Assembly (NCBI GenBank): GCA_040756235.1
Contig: JBFLZG010000066.1
Location: 5,891-69,890 of the forward strand
DNA: 64,000 nt
Source of the DNA: a bacterium
GTDB lineage: Bacteria; Desulfobacterota; DSWW01
Reading direction: 5' to 3'
Part shown: positions 10,302 through 18,737 of the stretch, in pieces
Position numbering within the stretch: position 1 is the first letter of the stretch
Layout of the letters: each line of letters begins with the position of its first letter
Made by a program: the position numbers and the translations under genes
The notes under the pieces: model-generated
The model's input: the letters and a program-made list of their open reading frames with translations, nothing else
Databases searched by the model: none
Told to the model about the DNA's origin: nothing

Positions 10302-10317
10302 TGGCATCGCTCTTGCT
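10302..10317 (+). promoter_or_regulatory. Sigma54 -24/-12 promoter
   Basis: TGGCATCGCTCTTGCT with correct GG-N10-GC spacing, downstream of a sigma54 activator gene. Confidence 0.75.
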
Positions 10318-10365
10318 CCGACCCATGCCAAACACCCGTTCCACATGAGAGGGAGGAGAACGAAG

Positions 10366-10686
10366 ATGAGGATCAGCACCAAGAGGGCCATCGTGGCCGG
10401 AGCGCTCGCCCTGAGCTTGGCCATGCCGATGACGGCGGCTGCAGGCGGCGGTTCGGGGCAGCGCCAGAGCAGGAGACAGTGCGTTCAGACGCAGACTCAG
10501 TCGGGCACCCGGATCCAGATGCGGGACCGCGATCGCCTGCGGGACGGATCCTGCCTGAACGGCGGCGGAGCGAGCATCGGCACGATGCAGAAGAGAGGAA
10601 ATACCTATGGGCCTGGTGACGGGACAGGCTTCGGAGGCACGGGTCCCAGGGACGGCACCGGCTACGGAGCACCCGGGAGCAGGTAG
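10366..10686 (+). CDS. Small exported Gly/Gln/Arg-rich low-complexity protein
   Basis: GAGGAG RBS, signal peptide, RDRDRLRDGSC and GPGDGTG..GPRDGTGYG repeats. Confidence 0.75.
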   Translation: MRISTKRAIVAGALALSLAMPMTAAAGGGSGQRQSRRQCVQTQTQSGTRIQMRDRDRLRDGSCLNGGGASIGTMQKRGNTYGPGDGTGFGGTGPRDGTGYGAPGSR

Positions 10687-11248
10687 AGGACCGGCCCCGG
10701 CGGGGAGCAGGGCGGCCCTGGTCGCCCTGCTCGTCCTGCTTGCGTGCGCTTGCGCTGTCCTGGCGGCCGCACCGCGCGCGCGGGCCGGTGAGGACGACGT
10801 GCATCTGCCGGAGAGCGGGATCCGCTACCCGGAGGGTTTCGATCCGAACACGGTGGGCGAGGTCACGGGCAAGGCGCGTGGCCTTCTTCAGCCTGAGAAG
10901 GGGCCCGTCCGCTTTCAGGTCGACACCGGCAGGGGAACTTACACGGTCCTGGCCTCGCCCGGATGGTACTGGGACGACGTGAAACCGCGAGTCGCCGAGG
11001 GGACCGACATCCGGGTGCGGGGCTCGAAGACGCTCGGTAGAGACGGCAACCTCTACATCATCGCCCAGGAGGTCGAGGTCCTTGCGGCCGGGGAGAAGAT
11101 CGTCTTGCGGAGCGAGGACGGCAGACCGCTCTGGAGGGGCCCGAGCATGGGAGCGAGACACGGCCACGGCGGTCCCGGCTCGTCCCAGGGTGGAATGGGC
11201 ATGGGCGGCATGGGAGGCGGCGCAGGCCGCGGCCGCGGGCGCCGGTGA
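10607..11248 (+). CDS. Exported OB-fold-like protein (MamS/MamX-like domain family)
   Basis: Hydrophobic signal; FDPNTVGEVTG, ASPGWY, VRGSK and LRSEDGRPLW pattern; Gly/Met-rich tail. Start uncertain. Confidence 0.65.
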   Translation: MGLVTGQASEARVPGTAPATEHPGAGRGPAPAGSRAALVALLVLLACACAVLAAAPRARAGEDDVHLPESGIRYPEGFDPNTVGEVTGKARGLLQPEKGPVRFQVDTGRGTYTVLASPGWYWDDVKPRVAEGTDIRVRGSKTLGRDGNLYIIAQEVEVLAAGEKIVLRSEDGRPLWRGPSMGARHGHGGPGSSQGGMGMGGMGGGAGRGRGRR

Positions 11249-11304
11249 ACGAGGGTCGGGGATGCTCGCCTGTCACCAGAACCGCAGTCAGGAGAAACGC
11301 ACTC

Positions 11305-12153
11305 ATGAGAAGACACGCCCTCTGCGGCATGCTGGTGGCGGCGCTCTTTGCGGTGACGCCATCGAGCGCCTCGGCCTCGTGGGAGACCGGGGCCAGGGTC
11401 AACTTCGATTCCAACGTGAACCTGTCCGTGAACGATGAGGAGAGCGACACCTTTTTTTCCGCTTACCTGAGCTTTTCCAGGGAAGCGAGCGGCGCATCGC
11501 GGCTCGGCTGGACCCTCGATAGCAGCATCGAAGGTGCCGCATACGTGAAGCTGGACGACCTGGACTATGCCTCCGTATCGATCGCACCCGGGCTGAGCTT
11601 CATCCCTTTCCACGCGTGGAGCATTCAGGTCTCCCCTTTCCTTCAAGCCAAGGGGGTCAAGGACTCCGAGCAGTCCGCCTTTGCCTTCGGCGCCAAGCTG
11701 AGCCTCCGGCAGAGCCTTGGAAAAGACTTGTATTCCGGCGAGTATTACGTCTATAAAGACAGCCGGGCCGACGTCGACACATATTCCTTCACCGAGCACG
11801 TGGCGGGCGCCTTTCTGGGCGTCAGCTGGACGCGCAGGTTCTTCACGGAAGCGGGGTACGAGTTCGCCCGGGGTGATTCCTTCCGCACCGTGAACACCGT
11901 GAGCACCACCTCGACGGCGGCCCCGGGCCCGGGCTCGGGCCCGGGCCGAGGCAGACACGGCCGGTTCTCGTCGACCTTCGATGCCGAGGTGATCCGGGAG
12001 AAGGTGAGCTCGCATTCCCTTTGGGCGAGCTTCGGGATCGACTGGACCCGGTCGCTCTTCTCCCAGGCGGGCTACAGCTTCACGACGACAGATGGAGATC
12101 TCGGCACTTCGGACGTGCATGGCGTGTCGGCGGGGATCGGCTATCGGTTTTGA
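11305..12153 (+). CDS. Outer-membrane beta-barrel protein
   Basis: Signal peptide, alternating amphipathic strands and a C-terminal AGIGYRF beta-signal. Confidence 0.8.
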   Translation: MRRHALCGMLVAALFAVTPSSASASWETGARVNFDSNVNLSVNDEESDTFFSAYLSFSREASGASRLGWTLDSSIEGAAYVKLDDLDYASVSIAPGLSFIPFHAWSIQVSPFLQAKGVKDSEQSAFAFGAKLSLRQSLGKDLYSGEYYVYKDSRADVDTYSFTEHVAGAFLGVSWTRRFFTEAGYEFARGDSFRTVNTVSTTSTAAPGPGSGPGRGRHGRFSSTFDAEVIREKVSSHSLWASFGIDWTRSLFSQAGYSFTTTDGDLGTSDVHGVSAGIGYRF

Positions 12154-12198
12154 GGGCCGAATTCTTGGACAGGCCCCAACTGGGACGGGAGGACGCCT

Positions 12199-13125
12199 AT
12201 GATCGTCGACGTCCATTACCACCAAATACCGATGTTGCCCGAGGAGCTGGCCCCCCTGCTCGCCGAAGACCTCGTGAGGGCGGCCAAGATCATGGGCGTC
12301 AAGGCAGAGAAGGCCGAGCTGATCAAGGCGCTCCTCGGGAGCCAGGACATGTCCGGGGAGAAGCTCGCCCGGCGCATGGAGACCGCGGGCATCGATTTCC
12401 AGGTGATCTGCGCGGTCGACAACGCCGCGAGCCCGCACTTCAGCCCCGAGCTGGCGCAGCTTCAGAACCAGCTCGTGGCCGATGTCGCCCGTAAGCACCC
12501 CGGGAAGATGATCGCGCTGGCCGGAGTCGACCCGAGGCGGCCCGACGCCCTCGACATGCTCAAACGGTGCTTCGAGGAGCTCGGCATGCGAGGCTTGAAA
12601 TACCACAGCGACTACGGGTTCGACCCGGCCGGGCCCGAGTCGTACAAGCTGCTGGCCTACCTCGAACGGAACGACGGGATCCTGCTCGCCCACACCGGGC
12701 CCCTGCCGCCGCCCTCGCGCAGCAAGTTCGCGGAGACGGCGCTGCTGGCGGACATCGCAGTCGACTTTCCCTCCCTGAGGGTCATCGCCGCGCACATGGG
12801 GCAGTGCAACTGGCGGCCCTTCGCCTCGCTGGCGACCATGCAGCCGAACCTCTACGGGGACCTCGCCATGTGGGCCCCTTACGCGTTCGGCAAGTACGAG
12901 CTCTTCTGCCGGGAGCTGCGGGACCTGCTGGACTATGCGGGCGCCGACAAGGTCCTGTTCGCCACGGACGATCCCATCTCCTGCGCCGTGGTGGATACCC
13001 GCGAGTGGATCCGGGTGATCCGCGAGCTGCCCGAGAAGGCGCCGGCCGGGATCCGGTTCACCCGGGAAGAGGTGGACGGGATCCTCGGAGGCAACGCGGC
13101 GCGCATGCTGCGGCTGAGCGCCTGA
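12199..13125 (+). CDS. Amidohydrolase_2 family metal-dependent hydrolase/decarboxylase
   Basis: IVDVHYH, GLKYH, AHTG, AAHMG, KVLFATDDP and ILGGNAAR. Confidence 0.88.
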   Translation: MIVDVHYHQIPMLPEELAPLLAEDLVRAAKIMGVKAEKAELIKALLGSQDMSGEKLARRMETAGIDFQVICAVDNAASPHFSPELAQLQNQLVADVARKHPGKMIALAGVDPRRPDALDMLKRCFEELGMRGLKYHSDYGFDPAGPESYKLLAYLERNDGILLAHTGPLPPPSRSKFAETALLADIAVDFPSLRVIAAHMGQCNWRPFASLATMQPNLYGDLAMWAPYAFGKYELFCRELRDLLDYAGADKVLFATDDPISCAVVDTREWIRVIRELPEKAPAGIRFTREEVDGILGGNAARMLRLSA

Positions 13126-13185
13126 GGACGAAAATCCCCCCGCACCCCGTCGGGGGGTCGGTCGCACCCGGCAGGTAGCGCCCCG

Positions 13186-13319
13186 GTAGGGTGGACTAAG
13201 CCGAAGGCGTGTCCACCAATCCCTGACAAAGCGGCCAACCCGCCGGGGCCTCGGGAGGCCGCTGCGCTCGCGATCGTTTGGCCGTGGTTGGCGGACACGC
13301 TGCGCTTTGTCCGCCCTAC
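13186..13319. repeat. Inverted REP doublet (BIME/REPIN-like) of the RAYT-cognate family
   Basis: GTAGGGTGGACTAAGCCGAAGGCGTGTCCACC (13186-13217) and GGCGGACACGCTGCGCTTTGTCCGCCCTAC (13290-13319). Confidence 0.88.
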
Positions 13320-13395
13320 CGGGTGTCCACAACGCTCGCGACACCGGCCTCCCTCCAGGCTGCCACTGGCTGTCTACCTCCTTTTGCCCATCCGT

Positions 13396-13424
13396 TTGAC
13401 TTGCCCCGGGAGACCCAGTAGATT
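13396..13424 (+). promoter_or_regulatory. Sigma70-like promoter of the acyl-CoA dehydrogenase/etf operon
   Basis: TTGACT-N17-TAGATT. Confidence 0.55.
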
Positions 13425-13566
13425 CGAAGAGCACCGTTTCCTCCTGATTCGAACGAGCTCCGCCCTCTGTTCCCTGACCACAAGGCAAGCCTGTCCCGGC
13501 AGGACGGCGCCGCTCCGAGCGTGCGCCGCAGGAGTCGTGAACCCTCGAAAAGGAAGAGGACCCACT

Positions 13567-14700
13567 ATGGATTACGATCTCCCCAAGGAAATCAAGCTGG
13601 TCAAGAGGACCGTCCGCGAGTTCGCGGAACAGACCGTGGCCCCGCTCGTCCCCAAGATGGAGGAGAACGACGAGTTCCCGAGCGAGCTCGTCCGGCAGAT
13701 GGGGGAGCTCGGGCTGCTCGGGCTGATCACGCCCGTCGAGTACGGCGGCTCCAACCTCGGGTACCTGGCGCGGATGGTCGCGATCGAGGAGCTTAGCCGC
13801 GTCGCTCCGCCGCTGGGTCTCGCCCTGCAGTGCCACCACATGGGGGTCGCGGCGATCGTCGATTTCGGCACTCCCGAGCAGAAGGCCAGGTTCCTGCCGG
13901 TGCTGGCGCGAGGAGACTTCCTGGGCTGCTGCGCCATCACGGAGCCGACCGGGGGATCGGACCTGCTCGGCATCACGAGCACGGCGCGGCCGGTCGGCGA
14001 CGGCTATCTCCTGAACGGCCGCAAGTGCTTCATCACGAACAGCCATCTGACACGTTCCGCCGTCGTGGTGGCCAAGACCGGAGAGGGGCCCAAGGGGATC
14101 AGCGCCTTCGTCGTGGAAGCAGACCGCCCGGGCTACGCGGCGGGGCGGCACGAGCGCAAGATGGGGCTGCGCGGCTCCGACACCGGCGAGATCATCATGA
14201 AAGACTGCCTCGTTCCGCGGGAAAACCTGCTCGGGAACGAAGGGGAGGGGCTGTCCATCGCGCTCAAGACGATCGGCGAAGTCGGGCGGGCCGGGATGGC
14301 CTCGACGGCGCTCGGGATCCTGCAGGCGTCCTACGAGGAGGCCGTCAAGTTCGCCAAGGACCGCGTGCTCTACGGCAGGCCGATCGCGAACCTCCAGGCC
14401 ATCCAGTGGAGCATCGCGGAGATCTACATGCAGGTCGAGGCGGCCCGCCTGATCTGCTACCGCGCGGCCTGGCTCAAGGACAGCGGCCGGGACTGCGCCC
14501 TCGAGACCACGCTGGCCAAGACGTACGCCACGGAAGCCGCGGTCCAGGCCGCCAAGAAGGCGCTCGAGGTGCACGGGGCCGCGGGCACCATGCTCGAGTA
14601 CCCGATCCAGCGCCTGTTCCGGGACGCCATGGTCTGCGTCTCCGCGGGCGGCACCACGGAGATCGGCAAGGTCGTGATTTCGCGCTCCGCCCTGAGCTGA
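13567..14700 (+). CDS. Acyl-CoA dehydrogenase (butyryl-CoA dehydrogenase-like)
   Basis: AITEPTGGSD, LNGRKCFITN, KMGLRGSDT, R..YGRPI..LQ and HGAAG. The C-terminal VSAGGTTEI lacks the usual YEG Glu. Confidence 0.92.
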   Translation: MDYDLPKEIKLVKRTVREFAEQTVAPLVPKMEENDEFPSELVRQMGELGLLGLITPVEYGGSNLGYLARMVAIEELSRVAPPLGLALQCHHMGVAAIVDFGTPEQKARFLPVLARGDFLGCCAITEPTGGSDLLGITSTARPVGDGYLLNGRKCFITNSHLTRSAVVVAKTGEGPKGISAFVVEADRPGYAAGRHERKMGLRGSDTGEIIMKDCLVPRENLLGNEGEGLSIALKTIGEVGRAGMASTALGILQASYEEAVKFAKDRVLYGRPIANLQAIQWSIAEIYMQVEAARLICYRAAWLKDSGRDCALETTLAKTYATEAAVQAAKKALEVHGAAGTMLEYPIQRLFRDAMVCVSAGGTTEIGKVVISRSALS

Positions 14701-14733
14701 GAGCGAACCATTGCCACAGAGAGGTACGTCACT

Positions 14734-15537
14734 ATGCAGAAACTCGATATCCTCGTGTGCATCAAGCCGGTTCCCGACCCCAAGAGGTGGGACAAGCTCA
14801 AGCTCGACCCGGAAACCATGCTGCTCGCCCGGAGCGAGGTTCCGCCGGTCCTCAACCCCCTCGACCGGAACGCCCTCGAACAGGCGGTGATGTTCAAGAC
14901 CGCATCCGGCGGGACGGTCACTCTCCTCACCATGGCGCCTCCGGCAGCCGAGGAGCAGCTCATGGAAGCGCTCGCCATGGGGTGCGACCGTGCGGTCCTG
15001 CTCACCGACCGGGCCTTTGCCGGGGCGGACACGCTGGCCACCGCGCGCACGCTGGCGGCGGCCATCCGCAAGATCGGCCGCTATGATCTCATCTTCTGCG
15101 GAGGCTACTCGCTGGACGGATCCACCGCGCAGGTGGGCCCGCAGGTGGCGGAGCTGCTCGGAATCCCCGACCTCACGCTCGCTACCCGGGTCGAGATCCG
15201 GGGCGACGGGCTGCGGGTAGCCTGCAAAGTGGACGACGGGCAGGTGGTCTACGAAGTCGACCTCCCGGCACTGGTCTCCTTTGCCCAGGAAGCGAACAAG
15301 CCTCGCCTGCCCAGCATGGTCGGCCTCAAGAAGGCCGCGGAGGCGGAGATCGTGAAGTGGACGGCCCGCGACCTCGGGCTGGATCCCGCAGAGGTCGGCC
15401 TGCGCGGCTCGCCCACGCAGATGCAGAACGTCTTCAAGGCGCCCGTGGGCCGCAAGGGCGAGATGCTGCAGGGGACGCCGGACGAGCTGGCCCAGGCGCT
15501 CCTCGCCAAGATCAAATCCGAACGCGTCCTGAGCTAG
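14734..15537 (+). CDS. etfB: Electron transfer flavoprotein beta subunit
   Basis: VCIKPVPD, NPLDRNALEQA, FAGADTLATA, DGSTAQVGP, PRLPS and GSPT. Confidence 0.93.
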   Translation: MQKLDILVCIKPVPDPKRWDKLKLDPETMLLARSEVPPVLNPLDRNALEQAVMFKTASGGTVTLLTMAPPAAEEQLMEALAMGCDRAVLLTDRAFAGADTLATARTLAAAIRKIGRYDLIFCGGYSLDGSTAQVGPQVAELLGIPDLTLATRVEIRGDGLRVACKVDDGQVVYEVDLPALVSFAQEANKPRLPSMVGLKKAAEAEIVKWTARDLGLDPAEVGLRGSPTQMQNVFKAPVGRKGEMLQGTPDELAQALLAKIKSERVLS

Positions 15538-15738
15538 GAGGCTGTCCATAAATGCCCATCTGCGGAGCCTGTTGCGAGCGCAGCGAAGCAATCCCCCTGG
15601 CATCATGCTTGCGGCGGCCAGCTGTGACCGGGGGTTTCCTCGTCGCGCAGGCTCCTCGGAACAGGCCTCAGGATTTCACGCGCCTTGCATCTGGACATTT
15701 CTGAACAGCCTCCCGGAGCCGAATTCTCGGACAGACTC
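15538..15738. mobile_element. MITE-like element with GAGGCTGT terminal inverted repeats, flanked by CTAG
   Basis: CTAG|GAGGCTGTCC ... GGACAGACTC|CTAG, with an inner inverted end GGACATTTCTGAACAGCCTC. Related element at 26389-26592. Confidence 0.65.
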
Positions 15739-15759
15739 CTAGACAAACGGAGCTTCCCC

Positions 15760-18267
15760 ATGAAGAAAACGAAAAAGAACGCCATCTGGGTCTTTGCTTC
15801 GCACCACAGCGGCACGATCGATGCGGTCAGCCTCGAGCTGCTCGGGAAAGGGCAGCAAATCGCGGAGGCAGCCGGCGCTCCCCTGGAGGCCGTCCTGTTC
15901 GGCGGCGGGGGCGGGAACGGGGGCGGTGTGGGGGTCGAAAGCCTGCTGGCCGGGCTCGAGCACTCGGGCGCGTCGGCCGTCCGCCTGGTCGAAGACCCCC
16001 GCCTGGCCGCCTTCTCCTCGGCCGTCTACGCGCACGTGCTCGCCGAGCTCGTGCGGCGCCACGACCCGCAGGTGCTGCTCCTCGGCTCGGACAACCGCAA
16101 CGCCTCCCTCGCGGCGCGGGTCGCGGCGCGGCTCGGCACCGGCCTGAGCGCCCACTGCGTAGACCTCAAATTCGCAGGAAGCAACCTGGTCCAGACCGTG
16201 CCCGGGTTCGGCGGCAACCTCATGGCCAACATCGTGTGCCCGAGCCGGCGGCCGCAGATGGCGACCGTGACCGCCGGCATCTTCCAGCAGGCCGAGCGCA
16301 AGGACGTGACGGCCGCGGTCGTGCGGGAGGAAGTGCCGATCCCGGACGGGATCCGCAGCGCCCGCCAGATCGAGGTGGTGCGCCGCGAAGCCGGGGGGCG
16401 GGCGGACCTCGCCAAGGCGGAGGTCGTGGTGGCCGGCGGGTTCGGCGTCGGTTCGAAAGAGAGCTGGGACCTGATCGAGGACCTCGCCCGCGCCCTGGGC
16501 GGAGTCGTGGGAGCCACCCGGCCGCCCGTGGATGAAGGGTGGGCCGGGGCCGATCAGATGATCGGCGCGAGCGGCAAGGTCATCGCGCCGCGCCTCTACG
16601 TGGCCGTGGGCGTCTCGGGCATGATGCACCACACGGTCGGCGTGCGCGGGGCCAAGACGATCGTGGCGATCAACAGCGACCAGAAGGCCCCGATCTTCAC
16701 CATGGCCGACTACGGAATCGTGGGAGACCTGAAGCAGGTCCTGCCGGCCATCCTCTCCCGGATCACGACCGGCGAGGGCCTCGCGCCGCAGATCGAACCG
16801 CCGGGTAACACTCGGACCGCGGAGGACTACAAGGCGAGCCTGCGCGCGATGAAGCCGAACATGTACAAGCGCGGCCGGCTCATCGATGACCCGGTGAGCG
16901 ATCCCTTCACCAGCCGCACCGTGGCGGGCCACGCGCAGATCTTCGAGCTGGCGCGCGACCCCCGCTACCAGGAGCTGGTGACGACGATCTCGCACCTTAC
17001 GGGCAAGCGCGTTTCCCGCTACCTCACGGTCGTCCGGTCCGCCGAGGACCAGATCGCCAACAGCAAGATGAAGCGTCTCATGTTCCAGATGACCGGCACC
17101 TGCACCGGCGGGCGTTGCGTGGGCTGGACCGGGCTGAACGCGCTCTGGTCCACGACCTGGGACATGGACCGCGAGTTCGGCACGGACTATCACGAACGGC
17201 TCAAGAGCTGGCTGATCAGTGCCCAGGAGCGGGATATCACTTGCTCCGGGGCCCTTTCGGACCCCAAGGGGAACCGCAGAGCCTCCCCCTCGAAGCAGCC
17301 GGATCCGGACAGTTTCCTCAGGATCGTCAAGCGGCGCAAGGACGGCGTGGTGGTGCGCGGTGCCAAGATCATGATCTGCGGCACGGCCGCGGCGAACGAG
17401 ATCTTCGTCATGCCCGGGACGCGCATGAGACGTGAGGAGGCGGATTACGCCGTCTCCTTCGCCACCCCCAAGGACGCGCCCGGGATCACGATCGTCGAGG
17501 CGCGGCACCCTTCGGACGATCGCGAGCTCGAAGAAGGATTCGACAACCCGGTCACGCGCGGCGGCATCACCCAGGCCTACATCTTTTTCGAGGACGTCTT
17601 CGTTCCGAACGAGCGCCTCTTCATGGCCGGCGAGTACAGCTACGCCGGCGAGGCGGTCTTCCGGTTCACACTCCCCTACCGATCGGCGATCGGCGGGTGC
17701 GTGGCCGGACAGGGCGACGTCATGGTCGGCGCGGCGATCCTGATCGCCCGGGCCAACGGCCTGGATGAAAGGGTCTTTCGCGACAAGCTCATCGAGATGG
17801 TGGTGAACAACGAGACGACCTTCAGCGTGGGCGTGGCGGCGGCCGCGCTCGGCTCACAACACCCCTCCGGAGCGTGGCTGCCCAATCCCCTGCTGGCCCA
17901 CGCGAACAAGACGCACGTGGCCACGCTGCCTTACGAGACCAAGCGCCTGACCCAGGAGATCGCGGGCGGCATCGCCGAGACGGGCTGCATGCCGTCCTAC
18001 AAGGATTTCATCGACAGCCGATACGGCCACCTCATCCAGAAGTATCTGAAGGCGAACTCCCCGGCCGAGACGCGCATGCGGATCGCCCGGCTCATCGAGT
18101 GGCTGACCCTGGGCGCCGGCGTGCCGGGCTGCATGCACGGCGGAGGGTCGCCGGACGGCGCCCGGATGGTCGTCTACGCGCAGGCGGATTTCGAGGGCAT
18201 GATCGAGATGGCCAAGCGGGTCGGCGGGATTTCGGACATCTCGCTGGCCAAGCCGCCGGGGAAATAG
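15760..18267 (+). CDS. Fusion of electron transfer flavoprotein alpha subunit and a 4-hydroxybutyryl-CoA dehydratase (AbfD/HpaB-family)-like domain
   Basis: EtfA motifs (GLSAHC, PGFGGN, RPQMATV, GATRPPVD, GVSG..HH, AINSD..APIF) are continuous in one frame with AbfD-like motifs (TAEDYKASL, CTGGRC, DPKGNR, RGAK, GGC..GD, MHGGGSP). Confidence 0.9.
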   Translation: MKKTKKNAIWVFASHHSGTIDAVSLELLGKGQQIAEAAGAPLEAVLFGGGGGNGGGVGVESLLAGLEHSGASAVRLVEDPRLAAFSSAVYAHVLAELVRRHDPQVLLLGSDNRNASLAARVAARLGTGLSAHCVDLKFAGSNLVQTVPGFGGNLMANIVCPSRRPQMATVTAGIFQQAERKDVTAAVVREEVPIPDGIRSARQIEVVRREAGGRADLAKAEVVVAGGFGVGSKESWDLIEDLARALGGVVGATRPPVDEGWAGADQMIGASGKVIAPRLYVAVGVSGMMHHTVGVRGAKTIVAINSDQKAPIFTMADYGIVGDLKQVLPAILSRITTGEGLAPQIEPPGNTRTAEDYKASLRAMKPNMYKRGRLIDDPVSDPFTSRTVAGHAQIFELARDPRYQELVTTISHLTGKRVSRYLTVVRSAEDQIANSKMKRLMFQMTGTCTGGRCVGWTGLNALWSTTWDMDREFGTDYHERLKSWLISAQERDITCSGALSDPKGNRRASPSKQPDPDSFLRIVKRRKDGVVVRGAKIMICGTAAANEIFVMPGTRMRREEADYAVSFATPKDAPGITIVEARHPSDDRELEEGFDNPVTRGGITQAYIFFEDVFVPNERLFMAGEYSYAGEAVFRFTLPYRSAIGGCVAGQGDVMVGAAILIARANGLDERVFRDKLIEMVVNNETTFSVGVAAAALGSQHPSGAWLPNPLLAHANKTHVATLPYETKRLTQEIAGGIAETGCMPSYKDFIDSRYGHLIQKYLKANSPAETRMRIARLIEWLTLGAGVPGCMHGGGSPDGARMVVYAQADFEGMIEMAKRVGGISDISLAKPPGK

Positions 18268-18325
18268 GGCCACAGAGGGCTGTATCAGGATGCGGTCAGG
18301 CTATCGTGTTCAGAGGAAAAGCGCA

Positions 18326-18566
18326 GTGGGTGCGCCGCCTCGATCGTCTCGGGCTCAGAACGCTCCGGCCTGTTCTCCTCCCAAGGGTCGGAGACTACGG
18401 CCCTTCGGGCAGACCGACCTTTTCGTCCCTCGTTCCGGGCCGGGTGTATCGGGGTAACACCCGCCTGGCGGAGGTGATAGCAAGGGAACAACTCTCTGTT
18501 CCACCGGCCTGTCGGAACTCGGGACGGCCTCCGCGACTCGCCCTTGCCTCCTCGGCGGAACACCCA
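18326..18566 (+). repeat. ~245-nt structured repeat element, copy A
   Basis: Co-linear with 35292-35539; the 3' half recurs inverted at 44237-44349. Terminal inverted repeat and internal hairpins. Confidence 0.75.
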
Positions 18567-18737
18567 CCGGCGCTCTTCCGGTCATCCCCGGCCAGGGTTG
18601 CAGCGGGCATGGCAGGGGTGCTGCTTCCCGCGTCCGGCGGGCCAGCTCTTGTAGGGGCGACGCATGCGTCGCCCGCGAGCGTGGGAAGCAGGGGCTGGAT
18701 GCCGGCCTGCGCCGGAATGACGGAGAAGAGGGCGGCG

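Noticed and set aside
10607-11248. Magnetosome island
   Set aside because: Only a generic MamS/MamX-like OB-fold resemblance; there are no CxxCH magnetochrome motifs or other mam genes.
13470-13560. c-di-GMP-I riboswitch in the ACAD leader (GGCAAGCC...)
   Set aside because: The GAAA tetraloop and GCAAA junction are absent.
11053-15606. 1517-aa minus-strand ORF and other long antisense ORFs (e.g. 20223-22826, 37492-40503, 42492-45167)
   Set aside because: They shadow well-supported genes, contain no recognisable motifs, and are expected in high-GC DNA.
17874-18716. N-terminal part of the 450-aa ORF
   Set aside because: It overlaps the fusion gene off-frame and reads through repeats; only the Cys-rich end looks coding.
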